Below, piece after piece: positions 24,227-33,470 of a stretch of 41,737 nt of DNA. The position numbers were made by a program, and so were the translations under genes. The stretch's first letter is position 1. Each line of letters starts with the position of its first letter. Origin of the DNA: an uncultured Spirochaetaceae bacterium (GTDB taxonomy: Bacteria > Spirochaetota > Spirochaetia > SZUA-6 > DRHE01); assembly GCA_964520025.1 (NCBI GenBank), contig CAZFMD010000003.1, positions 1 to 41,737 of the forward strand, written 5' to 3'. Under the pieces are notes generated by a model. The model did no database searches and was not told the DNA's origin. It saw only the letters and a list, made by a program, of their open reading frames with translations.

Positions 24227-26077
24227 ATGAAGATAACAGTGGCGAGTGGGAAGGGGGGAACCGGAAAAACCACCTTCGCTGTAAATTTGGCCTATGCCCT
24301 GGCGGCCGGGGGAGAGAAGGTGCGGCTGCTGGACTGCGACGTGGAAGAGCCGAATGATCACCTCTTTGTAAACCCCCGGTTCACTGAGACCGTCTCCGTT
24401 GAGGTCCGCAAGCCCGTAGTGATCCCCGAGCGATGCAACGGCTGCGGAAAATGCAGTGAAGCCTGCAACTACAATGCGATCGCCGTGATCAAAGGCAAAG
24501 TGCTGATCTTCAATGAGTTGTGCCACTCCTGCGGTGTTTGCTCGTACGTCTGTCCGGAAGGTGCCCTGCGGGAAGAGCCGTATTCCATCGGCACCGTGGA
24601 GGCGGACTTGAACGGTTCAGGGGAAATCGAGCAGTCGTTTCCCTTTGTTCACGGGCTTCTCAAAATTGGCGAAGCCCTGGCACCGGCGGTGGTGCACCGG
24701 GTAAAAGATTATGTGGATCCCGAAGCGATCAACATCATCGACGCCTCACCGGGAACAAGCTGCCCGGTGGTGGAAGCGGTAAGGGGCTGCGATGTTGCGG
24801 TTCTGGTCACCGAACCGACTCCATTCGGGTTGAATGACCTCAAGCTAGCGGTGAATCTGGCCCTGAAGGTAGGTGTGCCTACGGGTATCGTGGTCAATCG
24901 TTCGGACGGCAACGATGAGATTATCCAGGAGTACGCCGACGGCGTCGGTGTTCCCATTCTCGGCAGGATCCCCTTCAAACGCGAGTACGCCGAGGCCTAC
25001 TCGCGGGGCGAACTTCTAGCCGTCGAGTTTCCGGAACTCAAGGAGAGCCTGCTTGCCATGTTCGGGCGTGTCTCAGGACTGATTGGCGGGACGGTTCCCC
25101 CGGTTCAGGAGGAAGATCCGGTTCGGGTTGAGCCGGCAGCAACCACACGGGCGGCAAAAACAGAGGTGGCGGAGTGCAGGGAGATCGCGGTCATCAGCGG
25201 CAAGGGTGGAACCGGAAAGACCACGGTTGTCTCCTCTTTGGCCCAGCTAGCCAGGAACAAGGTGTTGGCCGATAACGATGTCGATGCAGCGGATCTGCAC
25301 CTTCTGCTTTCGCCATCCACTTTTGAGGCCCACGACTTCATCGGCGGAAAAACCTTCAAGATCGATTCGGCCAGGTGTAGCGGGTGCGGACAGTGCGCGG
25401 AGAGCTGTCATTTCGAGGCGATCTTTCCCGCTGTTCCGACGGATGATCCGAGCGGCGAATCCTATAGAATCGACGAGCTGGCCTGCGAGGGATGCAGTCT
25501 GTGCTGGCACGTATGTCCGGTCGACGCGATTGATGCTCAGGAGAACATCACGGGAAGGTGGTTCGTTTCCGAAACCAAATACGGGCCTATGGCCCATGCC
25601 CGACTGGGGATTGCCGAAGAAAACTCGGGCAAACTGGTAACCCGGGTCCGCAAGCGGGCGGCCGAGCTGAGCCGGGAACAGGGTTTTGAGAGGATCCTTA
25701 CAGACGGACCTCCCGGAACCGGTTGTCCGGTGATCGCTTCGGTCTCAGGTGTTGACCTGATCTTGATCGTGACCGAACCGACGATCTCCGGTGTCCACGA
25801 CATGCAGCGGGTGCTTCAACTTTCGGCACATTTCGGTGTTCCCGCCCTTGTGATCATCAACAAGGAAGACCTGAACGCCGATCAGGCCCGAAAGATACGC
25901 CGCATGGCGGAAGAGGCGGGGTCCCGGGTGATCGGGGCTATACCCTTTGACCACAACGTGAATGCAGCCCTCATGGAGGGAAAAACCATCGTGGAACACG
26001 GGAAAGGTCCGGCCTACGATGCAGTTCTGGCCCTGTGGGATACGCTCAGGATCGAGGCATTCAAGGAGAACGCCTGA
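24227..26077 (+). CDS. Fused tandem MinD/CooC-like P-loop ATPases, each with an inserted 2x[4Fe-4S] domain (COG1149-type)
   Basis: Two deviant Walker A motifs: SGKGGTGKTT at residue 7 and again near residue 315. Four CxxCxxCxxxC(P) motifs: CNGCGKCSEAC, CHSCGVCSYVCP, CSGCGQCAESC, CEGCSLCWHVCP. Confidence 0.85.
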   Translation: MKITVASGKGGTGKTTFAVNLAYALAAGGEKVRLLDCDVEEPNDHLFVNPRFTETVSVEVRKPVVIPERCNGCGKCSEACNYNAIAVIKGKVLIFNELCHSCGVCSYVCPEGALREEPYSIGTVEADLNGSGEIEQSFPFVHGLLKIGEALAPAVVHRVKDYVDPEAINIIDASPGTSCPVVEAVRGCDVAVLVTEPTPFGLNDLKLAVNLALKVGVPTGIVVNRSDGNDEIIQEYADGVGVPILGRIPFKREYAEAYSRGELLAVEFPELKESLLAMFGRVSGLIGGTVPPVQEEDPVRVEPAATTRAAKTEVAECREIAVISGKGGTGKTTVVSSLAQLARNKVLADNDVDAADLHLLLSPSTFEAHDFIGGKTFKIDSARCSGCGQCAESCHFEAIFPAVPTDDPSGESYRIDELACEGCSLCWHVCPVDAIDAQENITGRWFVSETKYGPMAHARLGIAEENSGKLVTRVRKRAAELSREQGFERILTDGPPGTGCPVIASVSGVDLILIVTEPTISGVHDMQRVLQLSAHFGVPALVIINKEDLNADQARKIRRMAEEAGSRVIGAIPFDHNVNAALMEGKTIVEHGKGPAYDAVLALWDTLRIEAFKENA

Positions 26078-26089
26078 TCCGAGTTTGTT

Positions 26090-27397
26090 TCATTCTTTTT
26101 CTACCAGAGATTTACCCCTACTTGGTTCGATCAAGCGGGCGCTTAGGATGAACCCGGCTGCCATGGTAATCAGAGTAACTGTAAAGAGGACCTTGTACGA
26201 GGTGTGTTGAACAATCAGTCCTCCGATCAAAGAGAAAAGCGATATGGGAAATGTCAAAGTGGCGGTCAGACTGATATAGGTGGGCCTGTCCTTCGAAGAT
26301 GCTGTATCGAGTAAATAGTTGGTTTTTCCAATCAACCTGCCTGAGACGAAAAAACCGATCAACACGAACAGTACAAAGAAGGCTATCCTGGTTTCGGATC
26401 CGCTAAACAGGGCGATCAGAGGGGCCATCAATCCGGCCAGAGTACTTATCTGGATCACTCTTTTATTCCCTACGAAGTCGGAAAGATGCGCCCACAGGAT
26501 ATTCGACAAAACCCTGCCAAGCATTTGGGCGGAGAGTAGGAGACCAACAGTTTCCAGTTCGATTTTTCCCAACTCTGTTGCATACAGCACGTAAAAAGGC
26601 ATTGCCAGGGCGGCTCCGCCCGCCAGTATCTGGACAACAATGAAGCGTCTGTAGTTCTTGTCCTCTTCGATTATTCTAAACGCCTTCCTCAAAAAATCCC
26701 TGAAGTTCAGCCGTCTCTCATAGACTTTTTCAACAGGTTCTTTCACCGAGCCTAGAGCAACGTAGGATAAGCTAACCAACGTGAAGGTAAGCACGAACAG
26801 AAGGACAAAATTCAGGGGAAACACGATTTCGTTGCTTCCCAATATGAGCTTTGCTATAAATCCCGAGCCGATAGCAAGAACGCCTCCCCACATCTGGCGG
26901 TGGCCGAAAAATCTACCCCTTAGCTGAGAAGGTAGCGATTTGCCCCAGATATCGTAGAAGGATACCGCCGCGATGCCGCCCATAAAGGTGAATAGAATGA
27001 GAAAAAAGAACAGAAAAGCAATCGTAAGGTAGTCGTTTCTGCTGGCAAAAAAATACGTTGTCAACGCGAGGGCTCCCCAGCTCAAGGCGCGGATGGTGAT
27101 GGCGAAGATGAGGAGGGGTTTTTTGTGGCTCTTGTTTTCCAGTCTTCTAGCGACAAACAGCTGCGGCAACACAGAGCCTATGCCGCCAAGGCTGCCCAGA
27201 AGGGTGGCTGACAATCCTATCAGTGTCTTGGAATCGGTAAAATGACTCAGAAACACCGGAATAATCGTGTCCGGGTTGCTGAATGCCTGTCCGCCGGTGA
27301 ATAGAATACCGTGGATCAAACCCATGGCGAAATTCCATTTCAAGGCATCACCGGAGCTTGCTTCACGGTTCGATCGCGGGCCTTTGATTCTACTCAT
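26090..27397 (-). CDS. MFS transporter (lower GC than the surroundings)
   Basis: 435 aa, about 12 TM helices. Several 60-nt stretches sampled by eye give about 37-53% GC, against about 60% elsewhere. Confidence 0.75.
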   Translation of the reverse strand: MSRIKGPRSNREASSGDALKWNFAMGLIHGILFTGGQAFSNPDTIIPVFLSHFTDSKTLIGLSATLLGSLGGIGSVLPQLFVARRLENKSHKKPLLIFAITIRALSWGALALTTYFFASRNDYLTIAFLFFFLILFTFMGGIAAVSFYDIWGKSLPSQLRGRFFGHRQMWGGVLAIGSGFIAKLILGSNEIVFPLNFVLLFVLTFTLVSLSYVALGSVKEPVEKVYERRLNFRDFLRKAFRIIEEDKNYRRFIVVQILAGGAALAMPFYVLYATELGKIELETVGLLLSAQMLGRVLSNILWAHLSDFVGNKRVIQISTLAGLMAPLIALFSGSETRIAFFVLFVLIGFFVSGRLIGKTNYLLDTASSKDRPTYISLTATLTFPISLFSLIGGLIVQHTSYKVLFTVTLITMAAGFILSARLIEPSRGKSLVEKE

Positions 27398-27502
27398 GTT
27401 GTGTGCTCATAGCAGTGGTTGGGGATCTATTTCACTGGAAATAGCATGAAGCTCCTTTTTTTCCTCGAGCGATGGAGGATTGATTGAAATCATCCATCCC
27501 GC

Positions 27503-28609
27503 TCAACCGAGAACCTCCATCTTCAAAACCTCGTTATCTCCCACAAGCACTTCCCTGTATCCGGCCAGAACCCGGTCCAGTTCCGCATCGCCGGTATCGA
27601 TGCGCAGGGCTTCGAGCTTGTTGAGTTTGTCTACAGTTCCTAAAACGATGATGTTTTCCGTACCGACCTGTTTGATTACTTCCGGAGTAAACTGCTTGTT
27701 CCCGCGGCCGAAAATGAACCCATTGCCGCCTATAGGGGTAACGACTATTCTTCTCTCTCTGAATTGCTCGATCAGGGAGAGAATTCCCTTTTCATTGATA
27801 TCCGTGCCGACCAGCTCACCGTTCGCCAGGGCATCCACGCCCAGCAGCGTCTTGGGCAATCCCAGCCGATCGGTTACGGCTTTCACGGTGGTACCGGGAC
27901 CGAGCAGGTATAAGAGGTCCTTTTCCATGCGCCGGATGATGTAGTCGGCTATCGTCTGTTTGCTTTCAACAGCGGATATACCCGTACCGGATGCTTGCTT
28001 GCCTCCTTGCAGATAATCCCTGACCGCAGGTACTGAAAGATAGCCGTACAGTGTCGATGCCAACACGTTCTCCCTGAAAGCTTCTTCGTCGATATCCATA
28101 ACCTCTTCCACCACAGTGCGTGCTCCTTCCACGAATGCATCCACCATCCTGGCCGCTGCCCTGCAATTCAGAGCAAACACTGCGCTGAAAACTTTTACCC
28201 CGGATGGCACGGCAACGACAGGTCTGTTCAGTCCAATTGCGTCATAGATATCCCTGGCCGTGCCGTCGCCGCCCACGAAGATCAGCAGTTCGATTTCCTG
28301 ATTCAACATCTCGGCGGCGATTTTCTTGGTGTCTTCCGCCGTACTTGTCTTTTCCACGCTGCCGACAACCGTGTACGGAATGTCAGTATCACGAATGAGC
28401 TGTTCTCCCATAGGACCGGGAGCGGTAAGGAGGTGTATCTGTCCTTTGGCGCGGAGGTGGCCGATCAGTTGTTTCGTCCTTACTGGAGTAACCGGTCGAG
28501 CACCCAAGGCCAAAGCCTTCTCATATGCCGCCCCGTCGGTCCCCTTCAGACCAACACTGCCGCCCATGCCGGCAATGGGATTCACGATCAGGCCTATCTT
28601 TTTCTTCAT
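27503..28609 (-). CDS. ATP-NAD kinase family protein (COG3199 / AcoX-like)
   Basis: N-terminus MKKKIGLIVNPIAGMGGSVGLKGTDG and FVGGDGT match the predicted polyphosphate/ATP NAD kinase family. Confidence 0.7.
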   Translation of the reverse strand: MKKKIGLIVNPIAGMGGSVGLKGTDGAAYEKALALGARPVTPVRTKQLIGHLRAKGQIHLLTAPGPMGEQLIRDTDIPYTVVGSVEKTSTAEDTKKIAAEMLNQEIELLIFVGGDGTARDIYDAIGLNRPVVAVPSGVKVFSAVFALNCRAAARMVDAFVEGARTVVEEVMDIDEEAFRENVLASTLYGYLSVPAVRDYLQGGKQASGTGISAVESKQTIADYIIRRMEKDLLYLLGPGTTVKAVTDRLGLPKTLLGVDALANGELVGTDINEKGILSLIEQFRERRIVVTPIGGNGFIFGRGNKQFTPEVIKQVGTENIIVLGTVDKLNKLEALRIDTGDAELDRVLAGYREVLVGDNEVLKMEVLG

Positions 28610-28647
28610 TCGTCCCCCCTTCTGAAAACGGATCTTTGACAGTTGAG

Positions 28648-29010
28648 CTATTTTTTTTCCTCGATCATCTGGACTGAAATTTTTTTCATTTCTTCAATGA
28701 TGCTCTCCATCTTTTTGAAATTTTGTATATATAGAGAGCACTGCCTGGCCTGTTTTTCAGACAAAGACCGGGTTACCGTTTTTCCTTTTTCTTTTCTCGT
28801 CCAGATGTGATAAGGACCGTGTTGCATCTGTTCGCTCGCTTTGCAGCCACAATTTGGCTTTCCACATTTGCGATACACAGACATTACGGTACCGTTGCAG
28901 ACAAAACCAATATCAGCGAGCTGTTTTTGAAGTTCCCCGTACCTCTGCATGAGGTTTCCCACTGCATGGTTCGCAGAGAGTTCCTGTTCATGCTTTGGTG
29001 AAATTTTCAT
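28648..29010 (-). CDS. DUF6788-like small protein
   Basis: 120 aa. The motif RKCGKPNCGCK...HGPYHIW is the DUF6788 signature as I recall it. AT-rich gene. Confidence 0.55.
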   Translation of the reverse strand: MKISPKHEQELSANHAVGNLMQRYGELQKQLADIGFVCNGTVMSVYRKCGKPNCGCKASEQMQHGPYHIWTRKEKGKTVTRSLSEKQARQCSLYIQNFKKMESIIEEMKKISVQMIEEKK

Positions 29011-29172
29011 TGTCGTCTTTAAGTAATATAAACTTAAAGAAATGACGGGTCAAGTTGATTTTGGGGGCGTTGCCGCCCTTGCCGGTTTGCAGCCCCGATG
29101 CCGGTCACAGTACACAGATGTAGCAGATTGTAATGATCAGCCTGTATCTACCGGCTTTTCACTTCTCCACGA

Positions 29173-30603
29173 TCAACCGGATCCCTCTTCGATTCTCTGT
29201 TCGCAGAACCGCACAGCCGTCTCCACGGCCTTCAGATTCACATCGATATACTGCTTTCGCTTGATCGAAACGGGAATGATCTGTTTCAGGGTGTCGACGC
29301 TCAACACCCCGGAGGTGTGAAGGTACACGGCCAGAACCACCATATTCGCCGCTCCCGTGAAACCGAGCTCCTTGGCCATGTCCGCCGCCGGAACATAGAG
29401 GGCCTTCACGTCCTTACGCTTTACCTTCCCGGCTACCAGGGAGGAGTTGATGACGATCAGGCCTCCCGGGGCGACGCTCGCTTCGAAGGCGTCCAGGGAA
29501 GGTCCGTTCATGGCGATCAGAACATTGGGAAAGTCCACGACCGGCGATCCGATCGGTTGTCGGGAAATCACGACGCTGGCGTTGGCCGTTCCTCCCCGCA
29601 TCTCCGGCCCGTAGGAGGGAAGCCAGGTTGCGTTCAGACCCTCGTGGGTCGCACAGTTGGCCATCAGAACCCCTGCGGACATCACGCCCTGGCCGCCGAA
29701 TCCGGCGATTTTCACGAACTGATCCTTCACTCTGCCCTTGTGGGCAGCCAACTCCGGCTCCTTCTCGGTGGAGAACAGGTCCAGCAGCTGTTTGTCGCCG
29801 ATCATGGCTGCAGGTGGCTGGAGTGCCGCCTCCACCGGCGGGCGCTCCAGATCCCTGAAGTTGCGCACGGGAAACACGGGCTCCATCTGTTCGATCAGCC
29901 ATGTGCGGGCTTCATGGGGGCTCATCCTCCAGCTCACCGGACAGGGGGAGAGCACCTCTACGAAGGAGAAGCCTCGCTTTTCGATTTGATTGACCAGAGC
30001 TTTCTTGAATGCCTTCCGGGCCTTGAGGATGCGCGGAGCATCGGCCAGGGAAACCCGTTCGATAAACACAGGCGTGTTCAGTGCATCAATGACCTCCGCC
30101 ATCACAATGGGACCGCCCTCGTTGCTGAGGGATCGGCCCCTGGGGGTGGTGGCGGTCTTCTGTTTGAGGATCGTGGTCGGCGCCATCTGTCCGCCGGTCA
30201 TGCCGTAGATCGCATTGTTGATAAAGAACACCGAGATATTCTCCCCCCGGTTGGCCGCATGGAGGATCTCCGCGGTGCCGATTCCGGCCAGGTCACCGTC
30301 GCCCTGGTAGGAGATGACGATGGCATCCTCCAGGCTGCGCCGGATGCCCGTGGCTACGGCTGGGGCCCGGCCGTGGGAGCACTGGATGTTACCCGTGTCG
30401 AAGTAGTAGTAGGCGAAAACACTGCAGCCCACCGGAGAGCAGAGGATCGTCCTGTCCTGTATGCCCAGCTCGCTGATCAGCTCGGCCAGCAGCTTGTGGG
30501 CCGTGCCGTGTCCGCAGCCGGGGCAATAGTGAGTGACTTTCTGACCCGCTGCCTTGCGTTCGAAGGTATCGTAGAAAGCCGCCGGTTTGCTGTACTTAAT
30601 CAT
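29173..30603 (-). CDS. 2-oxoacid:ferredoxin oxidoreductase, fused beta (TPP-binding) and gamma subunits
   Basis: ATG 30603 follows AGGAGGAAA. Beta motifs: CPGCGHG and GDGD...NNAIYGMTGGQ. Gamma motifs: IAGFGGQGV and YGPEMRGG. Confidence 0.85.
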   Translation of the reverse strand: MIKYSKPAAFYDTFERKAAGQKVTHYCPGCGHGTAHKLLAELISELGIQDRTILCSPVGCSVFAYYYFDTGNIQCSHGRAPAVATGIRRSLEDAIVISYQGDGDLAGIGTAEILHAANRGENISVFFINNAIYGMTGGQMAPTTILKQKTATTPRGRSLSNEGGPIVMAEVIDALNTPVFIERVSLADAPRILKARKAFKKALVNQIEKRGFSFVEVLSPCPVSWRMSPHEARTWLIEQMEPVFPVRNFRDLERPPVEAALQPPAAMIGDKQLLDLFSTEKEPELAAHKGRVKDQFVKIAGFGGQGVMSAGVLMANCATHEGLNATWLPSYGPEMRGGTANASVVISRQPIGSPVVDFPNVLIAMNGPSLDAFEASVAPGGLIVINSSLVAGKVKRKDVKALYVPAADMAKELGFTGAANMVVLAVYLHTSGVLSVDTLKQIIPVSIKRKQYIDVNLKAVETAVRFCEQRIEEGSG

Positions 30604-31651
30604 GGATTTCCTCCTGGAGGCGTTCGATGAGCTCCGTGGCCGTGGGCACGATTCCCCCGTACCAGTTGTAGCGCAGGACGGGTATCGACCCTCTAACGGC
30701 CAGCTCCACATCCTCGGCCATCTGGCCGTTGTTCAGCTCCACCACGACCAGCTTGCGGGATTGGTCAGCCAGCCGAGCAAGCTGTTGCCTGGGAAAGGGA
30801 AACAGGGTTCTGGGTCGAAACAGACCGACTTTTAATCCATCTCCCCGCAACCTCTCCACAGCGGTCAGGCAGATTCGCGAGCAGATGCCGAAGGCCACCA
30901 GGATCACCTCGGCATCCTCCGTGTGGATTTCCTCGAACTCAATGACTTCACTTTCAACCTGGCCGTATTTTTCCTGGAGCTTGACGTTATGAGCCCCCAT
31001 GGAGACGGTATTCATGAATATCGAGGTGACCAGATTTTCCCGACTTTCCCGATCGCCGTACAGAGCCCAGGTTTTGCGTTGCCCGTGCTTCACCGCCCCC
31101 GGAAGGCTGACCGGTTCCATCATCTGACCAATGTAGGCATCGGAGAGGATAAAGACGGTCATCCGGTAGCGGTCGGCCAGCTCAAAGGCCCGGTAGGCGT
31201 AATCGCACATCTCCTGCACGGAGTTCGGAGCCAGCACGATGTTTTTGTAGTTGCCGTGTCCACCGCCCTTGACCACCGCGTTGTAATCGCTCTGCTCGGG
31301 CCAGATGTTTCCCAGACCGGGTCCGGCCCTCTGGATATCCACGACCACGCAGGGAAGCTCCGCTCCCGCAATATAGGAAAGGCCCTCGGCCATCAGGGAT
31401 ATTCCCGGCCCGGAAGAAGCGGTCATGACCCGGGCGCCCGCGGCGGCCGAACCGTAGAGCATGTTGATGGAGGCCACCTCGCTCTCCGCCTGCAGGAAAC
31501 GCCTTCCCGCCATGGGGAAGTACAGAGCCGCGGCGTGGGCGATCTCGCTTGCCGGGGTGATCGGGTAGCCGAAGAAGTGGGTAGCCCCGCCCAGCAGGGC
31601 TCCGTAGACGATCGCCTCATTGCCCTTGATCAACCGTCTATTTGCGTTCAT
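30596..31651 (-). CDS. 2-oxoacid:ferredoxin oxidoreductase alpha subunit
   Basis: [30 protein letters not shown] is the classic OFOR alpha N-terminus. 8-nt overlap with the beta/gamma gene. Confidence 0.85.
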   Translation of the reverse strand: MNANRRLIKGNEAIVYGALLGGATHFFGYPITPASEIAHAAALYFPMAGRRFLQAESEVASINMLYGSAAAGARVMTASSGPGISLMAEGLSYIAGAELPCVVVDIQRAGPGLGNIWPEQSDYNAVVKGGGHGNYKNIVLAPNSVQEMCDYAYRAFELADRYRMTVFILSDAYIGQMMEPVSLPGAVKHGQRKTWALYGDRESRENLVTSIFMNTVSMGAHNVKLQEKYGQVESEVIEFEEIHTEDAEVILVAFGICSRICLTAVERLRGDGLKVGLFRPRTLFPFPRQQLARLADQSRKLVVVELNNGQMAEDVELAVRGSIPVLRYNWYGGIVPTATELIERLQEEIHD

Positions 31652-31880
31652 CTTTGCCCTCCTTGTGCACCGTGATGGCCCCCGGTTCCGGGCACACGTA
31701 GTAACAGAAGCCGCAGCCGGTGCACTGGTGCTGCTCGAAGCGGGCGTACTGATAGCCGAGACGATTGAGCTCGGATCCGATGTTCAGGCAGTGCTTGGGG
31801 CAGGCGGAGACGCACAGACGGCAGCCCTTGCACTCATCCGTTGAAATTACCACGTAGTTTTCAGACATAAGCATTCCCAA
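31638..31880 (-). CDS. 2-oxoacid:ferredoxin oxidoreductase delta subunit (2x[4Fe-4S] ferredoxin)
   Basis: [12 protein letters not shown] and [12 protein letters not shown]. 80 aa. Overlaps the alpha gene. Confidence 0.8.
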   Translation of the reverse strand: MGMLMSENYVVISTDECKGCRLCVSACPKHCLNIGSELNRLGYQYARFEQHQCTGCGFCYYVCPEPGAITVHKEGKDERK

Positions 31881-31958
31881 TTTTTATGTTTATTATTTAT
31901 CTTTTCCGCGGGTGCGGATTTGATCGTTGTTGCTGTTAGCTGACAGCTGTGGCGGTTA

Positions 31959-32495
31959 TCAGATTCCCTCGAACACATCATCGACAGCGGCGCCGAAGTA
32001 GTTGATCACGGATACGCTTTCCGCCAGACTCTCCGGCAGAGCCGAGATATCCATGAGATGCCCGGGGCAGCCGAGCTTCGCACACACCAGTATCCTGTCG
32101 CCTCGCCCCGGCAGGTGGAAGAGGATGCTACGCTGGCTGTCGCAATCCGTCAGAGGGCAGGCCTCATCGATCACCAGGTTCGTACCGCAGGTCGGGCAGA
32201 ACGCCTCCACATAGGGATGCTCTGCCGCCAAGTTGGGTATGAAGCTGAACAGCTTGGCATGGCTGCCCCAGAATGCGTCGAGGAACAGGAAGCCCTCCTG
32301 ATCGCCGATGCGTATCTTCATCATCACAGAGTGTTCTCCGTGGATTTGCACGTTGTCGGCGATCAGGCTGTGGTGTTTGGGACAGCTCAGCTGCTCCACC
32401 ACCAGGAACTCCTTGCCGTGTCTGTGGATATATTTTATTCCCTCGGGTAGATGTTGTAGGAAGCGTAGTGGTATGTCGGTGTGTTTTAGATGCAT
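31959..32495 (-). CDS. Hypothetical Cys/His-rich protein (probable zinc-binding)
   Basis: 178 aa. CPKHH, CPTCG, CPLTDC, CAKLGCPGH. No family recognised. Candidate promoter TTGACA-N16-TATCGT upstream. Confidence 0.5.
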   Translation of the reverse strand: MHLKHTDIPLRFLQHLPEGIKYIHRHGKEFLVVEQLSCPKHHSLIADNVQIHGEHSVMMKIRIGDQEGFLFLDAFWGSHAKLFSFIPNLAAEHPYVEAFCPTCGTNLVIDEACPLTDCDSQRSILFHLPGRGDRILVCAKLGCPGHLMDISALPESLAESVSVINYFGAAVDDVFEGI

Positions 32496-32606
32496 CCTAT
32501 ACCTTTACGATACCGCACACCCCTCGGTTGTCAAGCTTTTGCGGTGCTGTTGTTCCGCATTGTCCGCGATATCCGGTCGACCTTTCTCCGACACCTCCTC
32601 AACCGG

Positions 32607-33470
32607 TTAGATCAGGAGGCGTTCGGCGGCTCCGGGATCCGCCAGGGTAAAACGTACCACCGCGAGTTCCGGGCCGTCGTGGGCGGCGCTCAAACACCAG
32701 GTGCTGCCGATCCGTTGCCGCCAGTGTCCGCTCAGACGGGCAGATTCATGAACGTGTCCGTGGAGGGTACAAAGAGGATGCCGCTGTTCGATGAAGCGGC
32801 GTACGGCGATGCTGCCCACATGAACATCCAACGGCGCGGCATCCACGCTCTGCCCATCCAGATCGGCCCGATCCAGGAAGCTCCCGTAGGGCGGCACGTG
32901 GAACAGAACCACGGCCCGCTCCAAATCATCCATCCCGGCCAGCTGCTGCAGCTCCTGCTGGATCGTGGCTGTGGATAGCTTTTCTTCGGTCACAGGGACG
33001 CTTCTCCAGCCGCTTTCCGGGGTGGAGGCTCCCACATCGACGTAGCGGGACACGTCGTAGCGCTCCCAATCCTTGAGCATGAAGGGACTGGGGGGAATGC
33101 AGGAGTAGCCATAGAGGGAATATCCGCTATAATCGATTCTCCTGTTGTGGAGGTACCGCCAAAGCCCCGCCCGTTCTCCCTCCTGCAACGACGCTTCTTC
33201 CCGCCGGGGATCGTCATTGCCCAGGATCACGGCGATGAGTGGATAGTCTTTCTCCATCTCCCGCTGAAGCGAACGGAATCCGTTGGCGAGATATCCCTCG
33301 ATGAACGGCTGCGGTAAGCCCTGAGGCGTCGGCGCTGACATACCGCCGAAAGGCAGGATGTCTCCCCCGAGAAACACTACATCCGGCATCGAGGATCGAA
33401 TCAGAGAGAACAGCTTGTCGAATCTGTCCGTGGAGCCGTGGAGATCTGAAACGAACAGACAGAGGCTCAT
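32607..33470 (-). CDS. Calcineurin-like metallophosphoesterase
   Basis: VSDLHG, FLGGDILP, GNDD, FHVPPY, LHGHVHE. ATGA overlap with the upstream gene at 33467-33470. Confidence 0.85.
   Translation of the reverse strand: MSLCLFVSDLHGSTDRFDKLFSLIRSSMPDVVFLGGDILPFGGMSAPTPQGLPQPFIEGYLANGFRSLQREMEKDYPLIAVILGNDDPRREEASLQEGERAGLWRYLHNRRIDYSGYSLYGYSCIPPSPFMLKDWERYDVSRYVDVGASTPESGWRSVPVTEEKLSTATIQQELQQLAGMDDLERAVVLFHVPPYGSFLDRADLDGQSVDAAPLDVHVGSIAVRRFIEQRHPLCTLHGHVHESARLSGHWRQRIGSTWCLSAAHDGPELAVVRFTLADPGAAERLLI

Noticed and set aside
27427-27468. Hairpin CTATTTC-ACTG-GAAATAG and, on the minus strand, a 6-codon mini-ORF (MLFPVK) behind AAGGAG
   Set aside because: The SD-to-ATG spacing is only 4 nt, the peptide is tiny, and the hairpin has no adjacent U-tract. 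Most likely this is a chance structure in the intergenic region between the NAD-kinase-like and MFS genes.
29317-30630. 437-aa plus-strand ORF opposite the OFOR beta/gamma gene
   Set aside because: It is antisense to a gene with unambiguous TPP-binding and gamma-subunit motifs, and its translation is low-complexity.
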